The position numbers and the translations under genes were made by a program. The notes below the pieces were generated by a model. The model was not told the origin of the DNA and did not search any database. It worked only from the letters and a program-made list of their open reading frames with translations. A stretch of DNA of 64,000 nucleotides. Source: Podarcis melisellensis (lineage: Eukaryota). The stretch lies in assembly GCA_964234715.1 (NCBI GenBank), contig OZ174277.1; one strand, 5' to 3'. Each line of letters opens with the position of its first letter. Positions within the stretch are counted from its first letter, which is position 1. This document shows positions 1 through 13,253 of the stretch, piece after piece.

Positions 1-975
1 GCTTCTGAACATTTTTGGACATAAGCTGTCTAACTGCGTGTCAACTCAGAACAGTTTGTGAGCATTTTAAAGCTGTAAAGCTAAGGAGAGCGTTTTTTTA
101 TGGCATGAACTGGTGAAAGAACCCTGGAGTGAAACAGCGGTTGTTGTGTTCTCACCTGCCATTCCTAGTTTTTAGCTTCTTGTTTTTCTCTTTAAATTAT
201 TGTTCCGAGCTGTCTACTTGCCTCCATATTTTTATATACTGTAGTTATATTGTATTCTTGTATGGCTCTGTTTATGTGCTGGTTACTTTAGGAAACTTAT
301 TTATGCACAGAATAGATATATAATACTATGTGTATAATAGTACGATTTAATGTCTACAATGATGCATGTAATATGTGAGAATTATTTGTATTTTTAGCAG
401 AAGTGCACAGGGATCTCGCTTCTTACCGAGCCTCACGAATGAGACAGGAATTAGAAAAAACCAGTGCAGATTAGCTTGACGTAGAGCTTTTCAGAAAACC
501 TCACCCCCAAATGGGCTCTCCATTCTTATCACCAAAATAGTGTTTTTGAGGAGTGTAGGGGACTTCAAACCCCTGGCTACAGAGATACCTATAGTAGTGG
601 GGTCATTGCTGGCTGTGCCACTGGGGCTGACAGATTGCGGACACTGTTGTGAGGGTGCTGTGATGCAGGGATGTATGCTCAGGTGTATCTTTATTGCTGC
701 GAGTTCATTGGTTCCCTTTTGCTTGTGGGCAGCCTGTTGGTATCATTGCCACCAATCTGGGGCCTTGGTGGTGCTTCCCAGTGTGCTGGAGAAATGTCTG
801 CCATTTGCATGCAATTTACTGTGCTGTGTGTTGTCCTCTCCTCTCTTCTACATCAAGTAGTGATTTATCTCCACTACATAGTCAGTGTTGTAGGATTGTT
901 TGGTGAGAAATATATATTTTTTCTACAGTTAATGTTATTTGAAATGTAATTATTATGTATCATTTTATTTTCCAG

Positions 976-1025
976 CCTCCCCATCAATTTCGGTTTTGTG
1001 TATGGCCGCTGATGGAAAAGCCCCT
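976..1025 (+). CDS. IPCEF1: IPCEF1 first coding exon in window (ATG at 1002, MAADGKAP; frame also open 5' of the ATG)
   Basis: Acceptor ttttattttccag|, donor CCT|gtaagt. MAADGKAP resembles human IPCEF1 N-terminal MAIDGSAL and splices in phase 0 to VPLRQK. Confidence 0.8.
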
Positions 1026-2035
1026 GTAAGTATACAATGTCACTGTTAATGGAGAACAAGTGATACTATCCATTTTGGGAAAACAATTACTTGCAGAATA
1101 TGTCGAGGGGTATAAGGCCTTATGGCCCGTTGATTCACCTGGAACACATTAAAAAAAAATATGTCTCATCAGAAAGAGGGGAAAGGGCAACACAGATTTG
1201 CATAAAAGTTGCACACCCAAAGTTTTATGTATATGTGCAGATTTATAACTAATTGAAATAGAAATACAATGCGTCTCATCATCACATGAAAGACTGACCA
1301 AATGACTTGTTCTGATGAGCAGCCTGCTATTAATGGGCAACTTTAAGGCTTTTGCTCTCCTTTTGTAAGGTTCTCTATCTCAAACTCTACTTGGACCTTC
1401 AAATAGAGGATTCTCCAAGGACAGTTCAGATAGAAGACTGTCCTCTGTAAAGTAAGACACATGAACATCTTAACAATATGAAATCTGCCCCCACAACAAG
1501 GTGTTGTGTCAGGTACATAAAACATATATCCAGAAGAAGGAACATTTCATATGTGATGCCTCGTGTTTCCTCTTGTAAAAGCCCTGCCTGCATCTCAGAA
1601 ATCCAGCACCTTGGGAAGAATCCTGGGCTGGAACCTTTCTCCTCAAGATGCTGCTTTTCTGTGTACAAGGAACCTGTGTAAAAATCAAAACATGTGATAT
1701 CTCACTTCAATCTACTATATAGATCAGTTCTTTATTTGTAATCTTGTAACAAGAAGTAGCTTGCTGATTTCTCTGCAACATTTTCTTAGGTCAACTTTTG
1801 TTGGTGAAGAACTTATTGAGACTTCTTCACATAGGTGAGGATTGGAGATCTGAAATTTACAGGCACACATAATGTTGGTCATACTTTTAAGGAGATTGGA
1901 TATTTATTCCATTATGGTTATGAACAAATGTCATGCTGCAATTTAAACAATGTTTAAACCAAATGTTCCAGTAGGGACAATCCATGTTTGGAGCTTAATT
2001 CCTGGTTTGTACTTTCTGAATTCTATTATGGATTT

Positions 2036-2060
2036 GTGTGTGTGTGTGTGTGTGTGTGTG
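2036..2060. repeat. (GT)n microsatellite
   Basis: Direct reading of the sequence. Confidence 0.95.
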
Positions 2061-4278
2061 TCCCCTCTTTCCCCAAAGTTTACTTAATGAAACAAATGGA
2101 ACATGCAGCACAGTGTTGCAATGTGGAGTTACACTATTCAGGATCCCTGCCTGTTTTCCTTTTTGTCACACAACAAGCACTAATCATTCCTTTACCACTG
2201 AGTGCGCTCACTCTTCACTAAGCTGTTTGTGGGAGGTTTTAACCCTCAGTATTTTTCTAAGGTTTTTTGATACTTCTGCAAACCCTGGGATTCCTTCCAA
2301 GCCTTGTGCATGGGTGAAGCCATTTGGACTGCATGCACAGCCAGAACATTGGAAATAGAAAAAAAAGTGCTATGCTAGCTTATCCCAGTGCTAACCACTA
2401 GTGCATTTGTACAGGGCGGCGACTAGTTTGTTTTGAAATTGGAAAAAAGAACCATTTCCTGCCATGATGTTGCAAAATTAAGCCCTGTGGATGAGTTAAA
2501 CCTATGATGAAACTGTAGGATGTTTACTCACCACCAGCATGATAATGATGTAGCATTGTCATTTCAGCATACAATTTGTGACATCACATTTCCCCCTGTC
2601 ACACAAACCTGCAGTCCTAAACTCACTTATTCACGGAACTCAATAGTGATGAATAAGATTGTACGGCTAGGTCCACAACTCGGTCAAGCCTGAAGGATTC
2701 TGATTTAAGTTGATTATAGAGCTGGTTCTAACTACCCATATTTTCCCATCTTGATTAGAGACCTTGATTCTGCTCCTATTGATATCTGAAATACAGGTGT
2801 GTGAGGAGGGGTCTGCTTTGGGCAGGGCCTTTTCCATAGTGGCACCAAAATTCTTGAATTCCCTTCTGGGAAAGTTCATTCAATCTCTTTCATTCTGGCT
2901 GTTTGGTACAAGTTCAGATAACTTATAGGGCTCTTCTATGGGTCTCATTTTTCTTGTTTTTCGTTATGTTTCCTCTTATTGGATTTTTAACTTGGTTGTC
3001 AGTTCATTGGTTGATTCACTTGGGAAGGGCAGTAGTTCAGTGACAGGGTAACTGCATTACGTGCAGAAGGTTCCATTTCTATTGTTTTCTGTTAACCTAA
3101 CATAAGTAAGAGGTTGAGTACAAAGACCCTGAGATGATGATAACCAGGTCAGCTGGTCCGACCTTTTAAAATAAGTAGCTAGGCCAGACCTTACTGGAAC
3201 CTCTGTATCCTACCCCTGAACAATCCTTAGGATGTGGCTGGGTGCAGTTTGGATAGTTGCTAAGCTAGTCACAAGACAACATGTGCCAAAGTTACTTATG
3301 TGAACCGGACATTAGGGTGAACATGTTTATTGTGAGGTGAGGCATCACTACAGTGGAACCTGAAGAGAAGCAGAGAACTATTGGTTCTGAGGGGCAGAAA
3401 AAATTAACAAGCTTCAGCCCCTATTTTGCCTGACCAATACCTTCCTCGTTTTTGCCTTGGATGTTTTATTTTGCCCCTTCTTTTCACAAGGGCTTTATAG
3501 GGGACCCAACGCTTTGCAGACATGGCCTTTTGAAATATGAAGGCAGGAATACAGGTGAACATGTGTCACACATCAGATGCCAGGTTTCCTGTGTGAAACA
3601 GCCATCGCTGGTCAAGTTCTCCTTTCATAGCCGCTGTTTCCATGAGAGGCAATTCTTAACGTTCAGCTGTGAGTCATCAGGCACTAAGTCACTGGTTGGT
3701 ATGTGCGTATATGTGACTCGAGCCTTAAATCTTCTTGAATTCAGCAGGATTAATTTGGCTAAGTTGTGAACTGAACTAGCCTACCCTCCTTTGATCCTCT
3801 GGCCCTTTGCAAACTTGTTCTATTGTGGTGACCGCAGTGTGCGGTGAAGATAGCGATTGTTGTACCGATGTTCAGTGTGCCCTTTGAGTGCTGGAGCGCT
3901 TGTCTAGCAGCTGATACAGGGCACTGTAGCTTCGGCTGAAGATTTTTGTTTCTGGTTTGAGCTACCCCTACACAGCATAGCTGTCTGCGGGTGTGAAACA
4001 GGAAGCTTTAGTTGCAGAGGCACAAAAGTGCTGTACTTGCTCTCATGGAGCTTCACAATTAATCAATTTTAATTACAGTATTTTATGCTTCAGCTACTTG
4101 CTTCCCCATTAGCTCTGTGTGTGTGTTTGTTTGAAAGATTCCATTCTGTGCTGGGACTGTCTGCTACCACCTCCTCCTCCTCCTCTTCCTCCTCCTTCAG
4201 AGTCCCCCTCCCTTTTTGAAAAATATTGCAACACCATCTGAAATTTCCTCTTTTCTTTCCTTCCTGCATTTCTTGCAG

Positions 4279-4315
4279 GTTCCTTTGCGTCAGAAGACAA
4301 GGAAGAAAAATCAAG
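4279..4315 (+). CDS. IPCEF1: IPCEF1 coding exon (VPLRQKTRKKNQ-G)
   Basis: tcttgcag|GTT...CAAG|gtaat; matches human VPLRQKPRRKTQG; 37 nt, ends in phase 1. Confidence 0.92.
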
Positions 4316-4759
4316 GTAATGAGGTCTTCCTTTTGTTCCTGCTTTTGTTTAGTGTTAAAATTTTGCTCACGCGAGGAGGACGGTTTTTGTTGTATTGTTT
4401 GTTTGGTGTTGAGCACGCTGTTATTCTGCTTAGTTTTTACATTGATTCAGTGGGGAAGATAATGACACACTCTTCATTTGGACTAAGCTGTTTCGGTATG
4501 TCAAAGCTCTGTGTGTGTGAGAGAGAGAGAACTGTTCTGCTTAATTCATTGCTAGTCTGTACTGACTGTCATGAAAATACAATTTTCTAACGTATCAGTT
4601 TGGAAGGGTATTTTAACAGTTGTATATATTTATGATCACACACGCACACATGGAAAACATCCAGTAAAGGATTTAAATCTGCATTCTGTTTCACTGGCAC
4701 AATGTTCTCTATCATTATGGATTCCAAAAGCTTCATTTTGACTAATTTATCTTTGCTAA

Positions 4760-5044
<285 letters not shown>

Positions 5045-5899
5045 TAGTTTCTCCAGGTATATTAAGGGAAGATTCAGTGTTCCTAAGCCATTTTATCATG
5101 TGTAATTCAAGAATCTGTAAGTTTAGTGTCTTTGGACAATCACAGGAAGGGAATAAGTTATTTTAATTTTCACTTCATTGTTTGGAACAAAGCCCTCCTT
5201 TTTTGAAACATGTTAGCTGGACAGAGTGTTTTTGGATAAACAGGTTGCTTGAGAGAAGTTTGGGGCCCATAGGAAGATAAGTGGGCACTTTCCTTTGCTT
5301 TTTACCTAGATGCCAGTTAATTTCCCCATACTCCAAGCTTCCTCCATGTTTCTGATTCAAAAGGAGGAACGTTTGAGCAAGAAGGATTCTAGTGCAGCTT
5401 TGTGGGAACCATTGTGTAACTGCCCTTGCAATTTCTAGCTAATGTTGCTAGCTATTCTGGACTTCTGGAACAGGTGGAGAATTTAGGCAGTTGTCAAGAT
5501 TGCTCCAAGATGGCCTCTGTCAAAGGTTAGAGTCCAAGCTTTTCTCTGGTGTTCTGGGGGGTGCAGTGTGGGGAGTGGGAGAGAGAGTTGTGGGTGAAAA
5601 AGCAACAAGGGCAACCCAGTTGGAGCACACATGGGTGATGCAGAATGAGTTCAAATGAACAACAAGGTTCCACATGTTGATTGGCAGTGTGGAAGAACTC
5701 CACTTACCTGTGAGTAGGCTCTGTTGATTTCTTGTGGATTTGCTTTGGAGTGGACATGGTTACAATTTCAGCCTTGCTGCTCTGTTCCTATTGCATCTGT
5801 GCTGTACCGTCTGGCAGAGCATTACTGACTGGCATATGGCACCATCCTATGCATGCTCACTCACTAAGTCCTACTGAGTTTACTTCTAGCTTCATGGGT

Positions 5900-6600
5900 G
5901 TAGCCCCAAAGGGCCCTAGATCAGCAGGATGGACCACCAGGTCACAACCATTGTGACCTGTTTGCAAAGCACTTTGTAGATAAAATCGCTCTGACTTGAA
6001 CACTTCATTGGTTATTAAATCCGTATCAGGAGTGTCCTCGGCATCTGTTCTTCAAGGTTTCTTGGATAAGCTTCAGTTGTTGTTAGTATGTGGAGTCGTG
6101 GGAGCTCTCTACCTACTACATATGTGTGTTTGATCCTTACTATTTGTACTTAATAACATGTAGCCAAAGGCGACGGGTCAGATTAGTCCACAATGTGCTA
6201 TTTTATTGAAAGAGGGCATTATTCCTGTCCCTCAAAAGAAGCTATAAGAAGGTTTTATTAGACTGGCCTACATTTTGGGTGGGAAGTGTGGCTGAACTTG
6301 TAGTACTGTATAGTGGAACAGCTCCAGTTGCTGTTGGATGAAACTGGGTATGGAGATCAGTTTCAGTCTGTGGATTTTAATCTCATTGGGGGACTGTAAT
6401 AGGTTTAGTGTACTTTTGTGGGACAGACAGGGAATGTGATCATTTTGATTCCTCTGGACCTACCAGCAGCTTCTGATTATTTTTTTTAAAAAAGTATCTT
6501 TTTGGACTTCAATTAGGAGTTGGGAATGGCTCTACTCCTGTCTCATAATAAGGTACCAAAAGATGGACCTAGGGCAATGCTGCCCTACCCAAAAGGAATT
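5900..6600 (+). mobile_element. Decayed L2-like LINE reverse transcriptase fragment
   Basis: Broken peptide remnants such as FAKHFVDKI, DQFQS and LDL.AA(F)D; many disruptions. Confidence 0.55.
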
Positions 6601-9600
6601 GCCTGTTTCTTGGTAGGATACAACAAAATGTGATTTAACCTCCTGGTGGCTGATGGTCTTTCATTTTACTGTGGTCTTAGTTGTTTTTAATTGCTGTTTT
6701 CAGTTGTTTAAGTTTTTGTTATAAACTGTCCTGGAAGTCCTACTGATAGGCAGGACAGAAGTGGGTTAAATAAATTAACTAAACAAATCAAATCACAAAC
6801 TCAAGTTCAATCTAGATAAGACGGGGAAAATCAATGGAAGGTCCAGTTGGCATTGGAGAATGTGAGTTGCTTGTAATGGCTGGGAGTCACGTCACACCCT
6901 CCCTTAATGACAGAGTGCACAGTTTGAATGAGCTCATGACCCCAACATTGCTCTTGGCAGCTTCTGCATCTAAGAGTATCCAACAGGCTCAGCATCCCCT
7001 CCAGTTCCAAATTAGAAAGGAAAGTTTGGACTGATGTTTTTGGCAGTGGGCAACTGAGATACTCATACAATGGCTGCCCACCCTCCAGGCGAGCCTGTTG
7101 TTCCCTCCAATTCTGGAGGAAACAATTGGGACTTACTGTATTGACAACAGATGTGCAAGGCACCATGAATGCCTCAGATGCACACTCCTAAAGCTCCAGT
7201 CTCCTCTCCCATCTTCTAATGTTTGGAGCTGGAGAGCAGATTGCCCTTGACTTCCCACAGAGGTTCTAGGAGTAAGTCCCTTTGTACACAGTGGAACTTT
7301 CTTCCAAGTGAAAAGCTTAGGTTTTGCAGTGAAGAGGATCCTGGCAGCCACATCTGTGGGCTCCAGATTTTCTCAGATCAACAAATGGAGCCATGCTATT
7401 TACTTATTTATAAAAATGTATAATATCATAAAATATGATAGAAGTTTAACATAATAAAAATCTCTAAGTGATTTATGTAAAAACCATACACACAATAGCA
7501 TTTCCTTTAAAAAGCTAAAAACAGAACAAAACTGTGCAGTGTACAAAATACAGAATTGACTGTTAATTTTTCAATATCTACTATTTTGTCCAGGAAAGCA
7601 TATAAGTTTTTAAGAGGCTGCTGTCTCTGCCTCCTGAATTTCCCAAGGGAAGGCAATCCAATGAGTGGGTACCATTACCGAGGGCCTACTGCTGCATTAA
7701 CACTGGGGGATGAACACCTCCCCACATATCACCTGTCCACAAGATATGCTGCTTATAAAATGATAAGTAAAAAAGTGTGTATCTGAGAAAAAGAAAACCC
7801 TGTAAACTGAGACATGTGAAACTTAAGGAATAAGCCACGTACAGAGAATCCCCTTGTCTCCCACCTTATAATTACACTGCGGAAAAGAGTGAATTTCTTC
7901 CTTCAGCTGGCTGACCTCAAGCCCTCTAAAGCTAGTACAAAGCAAAGACTTGGAACATAAACAACATTCTGAGCCCATGAATATCCCTTGTGTACAAGAG
8001 GCATACATTTACAAAGTGTGACTAGGCAAATGTTTTGCTGCACACTGCCCGAGGACCCCAGAATTTGACTCAGCCCAGAGCATCCTTGCATCAAGGAAGA
8101 GATTTCCCATACCCCACTTTGGATCTCTGATTTGGGCTTCCCTTCCAGAATAGATGTTGAGACTGTCATTTTGCTGACAAAAAAAGTTTCTTTTGTGTGG
8201 AGCCCTGCAGGCTGGAGTTTGGTCCTGCAGGGGGCTGAAAGGGGATGGGAGCCATTGTTGTGCATGGTGTGTGTGTGTGTGTGTGTTTATTTCTTTTGAG
8301 CCACCATCACTTTCTGATCAAACAAGTTTTTCAGGGTGGTTAATGGCTGGCAAACCTCCAAAACCTCTTTCACTAGTGGACTAAGGAAATGAGAAGATAC
8401 AACATGGACATTGATAGTCCTTTCTTATTAGCCAAATGTAACGACCTCTGTGTTCATAAATAGCATGGATACAGAACATGTGGCTTTCCAGATGTTTTTT
8501 AACTACAACTCCCATCATCCCTGCTTATTGGCCATGCTGGCTGGGACTCATGGAACTGGAGTCTAACAACATCTGGAAGGCACCTGGTTCCACACTGCTG
8601 AGTTATGGTGTTCAGCCAAATATCAGAAGCTGGGGGTGGGCAGTGGAAGGTTATCACTTTTTAAGCCTTGCTTTTCAGTAAACTCTCACTCCAGCAGGCC
8701 ACTTGTCTTCAGCCCTCTTGAAACGACTGTTTTCATCCTTGGTTTAAAAGTTCAAAAGCTTCCTCTGCAGACAGAGATTCCTTAGCATCACTCAACATCT
8801 GCTGTTTTCTGTGCTTTTAGGGAAGTCGAGGTTACCGTTTTGTGAGGGGTCCTTTCCCCTTCACCTACAGATGGCGCAGCTCAGATTCTAAGCAGACATT
8901 TTAGTTTTCGGAGGCAAAGCATTCACGCATCTGTGCATGGGCAGAAACTCTGCTCAAATAAACGGTGGTCATCTTGCATGCCTGGAATACTCGTACTTCT
9001 TTGCAATGGGTTGTATATTTATGATGTGCGAATTCTGTTTCAGCCAAAAAACCTTGCGCTGCCCTGATGCAAGGAACCGTAACATAGCAACAACAGGCTG
9101 GTGCAGTGTGTCTTGTAGTCCATCAGTGAGCTTTGAGAGAATATAAGGATGTTAGCGTTTGAAATGAATTCTGCCTATATTTGTACCCCTCAAACAATTA
9201 CCCAAACACATGGGGGCTACTTCTTCATTGGCATGTTGATCAAAAACGATGGGTGTGGGACACGCAGGGAGAAAACAAGGGAGGACTGGTTTATTTATTT
9301 TTTAACCCAAATCTGTTTAAATAAAACATGAAGGAGGGGTGCTAATGCAAGGGTGGGAAATTATAGACCTGGGGGCCAGATGCAGCACTACAGAGTTGTC
9401 TCCTTAGCTTTTGGGACTCTCTTCAGAATATGCCCCTTCAGAAGCCTCACTGTCCCTTATCTGTGCACAGTGCCTTTGCCTGACTGGCATGTGTCCTTGA
9501 ACTGAGATCCTGCTTCTTGCTTACCTGGTTTGTTTGCCTAAAACCACTAACCTGTTGCCCCACCTTCCCTTTGCTTTCAGCTAGTACCTGCCCCTGGAAG

Positions 9601-10345
9601 GTGCACATGATGAAATGTGCCCATTAGGTTGTAAAAGGTTCCCCACTCCTGAAATAACCGATTTGCCTTGGTAGGAGGTGCTTCTGCCTGCACAAGTCAG
9701 ACCACCCCATTTCCCCACCCACTGCAGTCCTCCATGCCACATCCCATCGTGTTCTGGAAGACCCACCAGACCTCAGGAGCATCTTTTCATGGGGAAGGGG
9801 GGGGAAAGCACTTTTCACTAATGCAATATCACGTTGGATGCAGCCTGGAGAGACCTAATTAAATGAAGTTTCCCATTTTGAAATTTATACTTCTGAGCAC
9901 ACCTGGCTGGAATGTTCTCTTGAAATCTCGTAATGCCTTTTGCTTGTTTGGATGGAGGAGAGAGTATGAAGAAACCACCCTACCCGAGATGAGTCCATTG
10001 AGGTTTTTTGCAGCTGTTCAGAATCCAGAGTGTGGTTGCTAATGAGATAAAATTTACTGCAGTCCAATGGAAATGGATGACTTGGTTGGTATCTGAGCAT
10101 GGGACTGCAGCAAAAGCCCTGAATTTTTGTCCCACCATGCACTACTGCCACCTGCTTCTCCACATATATGCCCAAGAAAGGTAGAATTTGCTCTTCTTAT
10201 CTACTGTGCTTTGCAATTTAGATCTCAAGTTATTAGAAATCATTTCTGTAATCTGAAAAGCTTTCTGAAATCCTGTTAATTTCCAATGTCTAATTTCAAT
10301 AAATTATGTAGCATACTTTAATATTGCCGGCTTATTTTGTCACAG

Positions 10346-10419
10346 GCAGAGAAAGCTGAAGGGTTCCTCAGCCTTCCAGAATTCACAGTGAATCAAGCGA
10401 CAGAATGCAAGAAAAAGTA
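10346..10419 (+). CDS. IPCEF1: IPCEF1 PH-domain exon ([25 protein letters not shown])
   Basis: cacag|GCA...AAGTA|gtaagt; matches human AEKADGFVNLPDFTVERASECKKK; 74 nt. Confidence 0.95.
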
Positions 10420-11099
10420 GTAAGTCTTTCATTCGACTTGGAGTCTTGAGAAAATGAAATTTTACAAGCTGAAATGTGAATACAAGAAGATCCCTGCTGG
10501 ATCATACCTAAGGCTCAGCTAGTTCTGCTTATCATGGATATATATGTAAATAGAACTGTCCATCAGGACATAAACTCAACAGGCCTCCAATCATTGTTGT
10601 CCTTTCAGCATTGCCAATATTTCAAACCGATAGACTCCATTGAGATGAATGTGGGTGGAATTTATGGGAGCTTAATATGTTACTGGAAATCCTATGGGCT
10701 GGAATTCAATGTCACATTCTCCCAGTTGTTCCATCTACAAGCATTACCACTTGCTAGATGGAACCATGCCTGCCTTCCTCCCCCCCCCCCCCCGTGCATT
10801 GCTCAGGGTGGGAGGTTGTCTTCTGATCCCCCAAAAACAATTTTAGGGGGTACATGGGAGGGAGGAGGAGGAAATACCTGTTGAGCAAGGGTTTCCGCTG
10901 TTTAGGTTAATCCTGCCTGTGAAAATGTAATTATGATCTTGCTTGGTTTTCCTTCCAAGGGAGGGTAGCACTTAGTACTGAGATATCGCAGCCTTAAAAA
11001 TGACTTCCCTACTGTCTCATTGGTCTGAAATCTTATGTGAAGGGCAGCCGACTTTCCTTAGTTAAATATAAACTCATTGTTTTGAGTTATGTAGATACT

Positions 11100-11783
11100 C
11101 TTGTACTTTAAGGCCTATTGCAACCTCTACTGCACAGCTGAGACCATTCATTCTACATATCTGAAAGATTGTCTCCATCCCCACCAACCCTCTAATAATG
11201 CATTAATGTCAGCAGAGAGGACTGTGTCGGTAGTTGCATCCTCCTCAAAAGTAAAAGGAGTATTGGCTCAGGACAAGGCTTTCCTAATGGCAGCCCCTAG
11301 ACTGAATAAGTAAAATAAATTGTCCAGTAGTGCCTTAGAGACCAACTAAGTATGTTCTGGGTATAAGCTTTCGTGTGCATGCACGAAAATCTGAAGCAGT
11401 GTGCATGCACATGAAAGCTTATACCCAGAACATACTTAGTTGGTCTCTAAGGCGCTACAGGACAATTTATTATTATTTATTTTGACTGCATCAGACCAAC
11501 ATGTCTACCTACCTGAATCTAGCCCCTAAACTGTGGAACTCCCTCCTCACAGAGCCTTGTCTACCGTCTGCACTGTAAAGCTTTTGCCATATGCTGAAGA
11601 TACACCTCTTTACCCTGGCCTTTGACCATTAAAATATATATGAATCTGTATTGGTCTGTTCTCATCCAAATGGTGTCACTTGTTTTTATAATTTTACCCT
11701 TTTTTTACCTGTTTAAAATTAAAATAATAACTATGTATTCTATTGTTGTACTCCACCCTGGAACCTTAGGGTGAAGGATGGAT

Positions 11784-11814
<31 letters not shown>

Positions 11815-11822
11815 TAAATAAA
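11100..11822 (+). mobile_element. L2 LINE 3' remnant with (CAAT)n tail, interrupted by a Penelope-like insertion
   Basis: ORF2 end motif KAFLMAAPRL/WNSL; tail 11784-11822. Confidence 0.7.
11305..11520. mobile_element. Penelope-like inverted pseudo-LTR insertion with degenerate minimal hammerhead motif
   Basis: 71-nt inverted arms 11314-11384 / 11401-11471 (68/71); CTGAAGC..GTGTGCATGCACAT..GAAAGCTTA; flanking direct repeat AGCCCCTA(G/A)ACTG at 11292-11304 and 11521-11533. Confidence 0.75.
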
Positions 11823-12229
11823 TCTAATCACAGCTCACATTCTTTTAATTATGCCCTGTCTTGTTTGAAAAAGAAACACATTTCTGCAAAGTTCCACCCC
11901 CCCCATGACACAGTCCTTTTTAAAGCACTTGAGAAAGAACATGCATATCTGTGGTAAATATATAAGCATTCATCTCCTTGTGGGAGCTGTCAAAGAGAGA
12001 TGAATGTACCCATTCTATTGTTTCTATGTGAACACTCGCTCTGTAGTTTGAAGTTCTTCACAGTTCTAAGTATGCCTAGGTATGTGGAGTAAGGATTTCA
12101 GGCTAAGTGGGGTTTTTTAAAAAATATTTTGGGATAATAAACTGTTTGGTAAACTGACCCACATACTCACTTTTTAAATCTAATGTTTCCCATATATATA
12201 AATATATGTTTTTGTTTTTGTTTTGGAAG

Positions 12230-12301
12230 CGCTATGAAGATCATCCATCCACAGATCAAGACATTTTATTTTGCAGCAGAAAATGCGGAGGAAATGAACA
12301 T
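12230..12301 (+). CDS. IPCEF1: IPCEF1 PH-domain exon (AMKIIHPQIKTFYFAAENAEEMN)
   Basis: ttttggaag|C...AACAT|gtaagt; matches human AFKISHPQIKTFYFAAENVQEMN; phases agree with neighbouring exons. Confidence 0.95.
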
Positions 12302-13191
12302 GTAAGTAAAATCAAAAGTCTTGCTTCCTTTTTTCTTATGACAAAAAAGAACCATCTCTTTGTTGTTTCCTTGGTTGTTACTGGAGATGGTAGTCTCTGT
12401 CTCTTGAGTGGGCAATACTTTATTGCCCAACCATAAAGTATGCAGCTGATGGAAGGATTTCTGTGACTGTTCACCTTACAGTGTGCCATCAGCTGAAAGC
12501 AAGGTGGGCCAGCATGCAGCATGCACATGAATGGCAGAGAGCAGGTTGAATGTGATGTACCATAATGACTGGTGCTTGATGGCTTGTGTTGTGATACTCA
12601 GCAGGTAACAGGAGGAGATATCTTCAATCATTCTCACTCAATAATTGTAATAGGTGCTGTACTTGATTCATGGGTTTGCTTGGGTTTAGTTTATTGCAGA
12701 GGTAGCAGTGTAGTGCCTTCCAGGTGTTACTGAACTCTTAATTCACATCAGCCCCAGACAGCAAGGCCAATGCCCAGGGCTGATGACAGTTGTAGTCCAA
12801 TATCATTTGGAGAACTACAGGTTAGCCACCCATGGTTTATTGTACTGTTATCAAAATTCTCAGGGTGGAATCTAGTTGGTGTCCCTTATACTGACTGAAG
12901 AGTTTTTGAGCTGCTAATGGAAGAGGAAGCAAGGCAATCCTTGCCTCCTTCCCTGTTCTGGAAGGCTACCAAATTCTCTGGAGCCTATTTTCAGGGACTT
13001 TGGGGGAAGGAGGAGTGGGCAAAAATTGCTTCCTCTCATCTCCCAGAACCCTTTCATGACTGCAAAGGTACGCATTGGATTTCACCCTCAGTTGAAGATG
13101 AGAAGTGACTTGGTAACTACCAAACCTGTTTTCTCTCAGCTTGGCTATTTCTATTCCATACAAATGTCTGTGCTTGCTTTTATTTTTTCAG

Positions 13192-13253
13192 ATGGCTGAA
13201 GAAATTAGGTACAGCTGTCCTTGACAAACAAGCCAATAAAAAGAGTGAAGAAG
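13192..13253 (+). CDS. IPCEF1: IPCEF1 exon, end of PH domain (WLKKLGTAVLDKQANKKSEE)
   Basis: ttttttcag|A TGG CTG...GAAG|gtacgc; carries the PH C-terminal helix Trp; human WLNKLGSAV. Confidence 0.93.

Noticed and set aside
4216-4590. 124-aa ORF containing VPLRQKTRKKNQG
   Set aside because: Non-ATG start; only 4279-4315 is exonic and the rest is intronic pyrimidine-rich sequence.
10417-10422. Apparent in-frame TAG after ECKKK, suggesting an IPCEF1 pseudogene
   Set aside because: The G belongs to the gtaagt donor; TA plus C from the next exon gives Tyr, and the spliced frame stays open to 23470.
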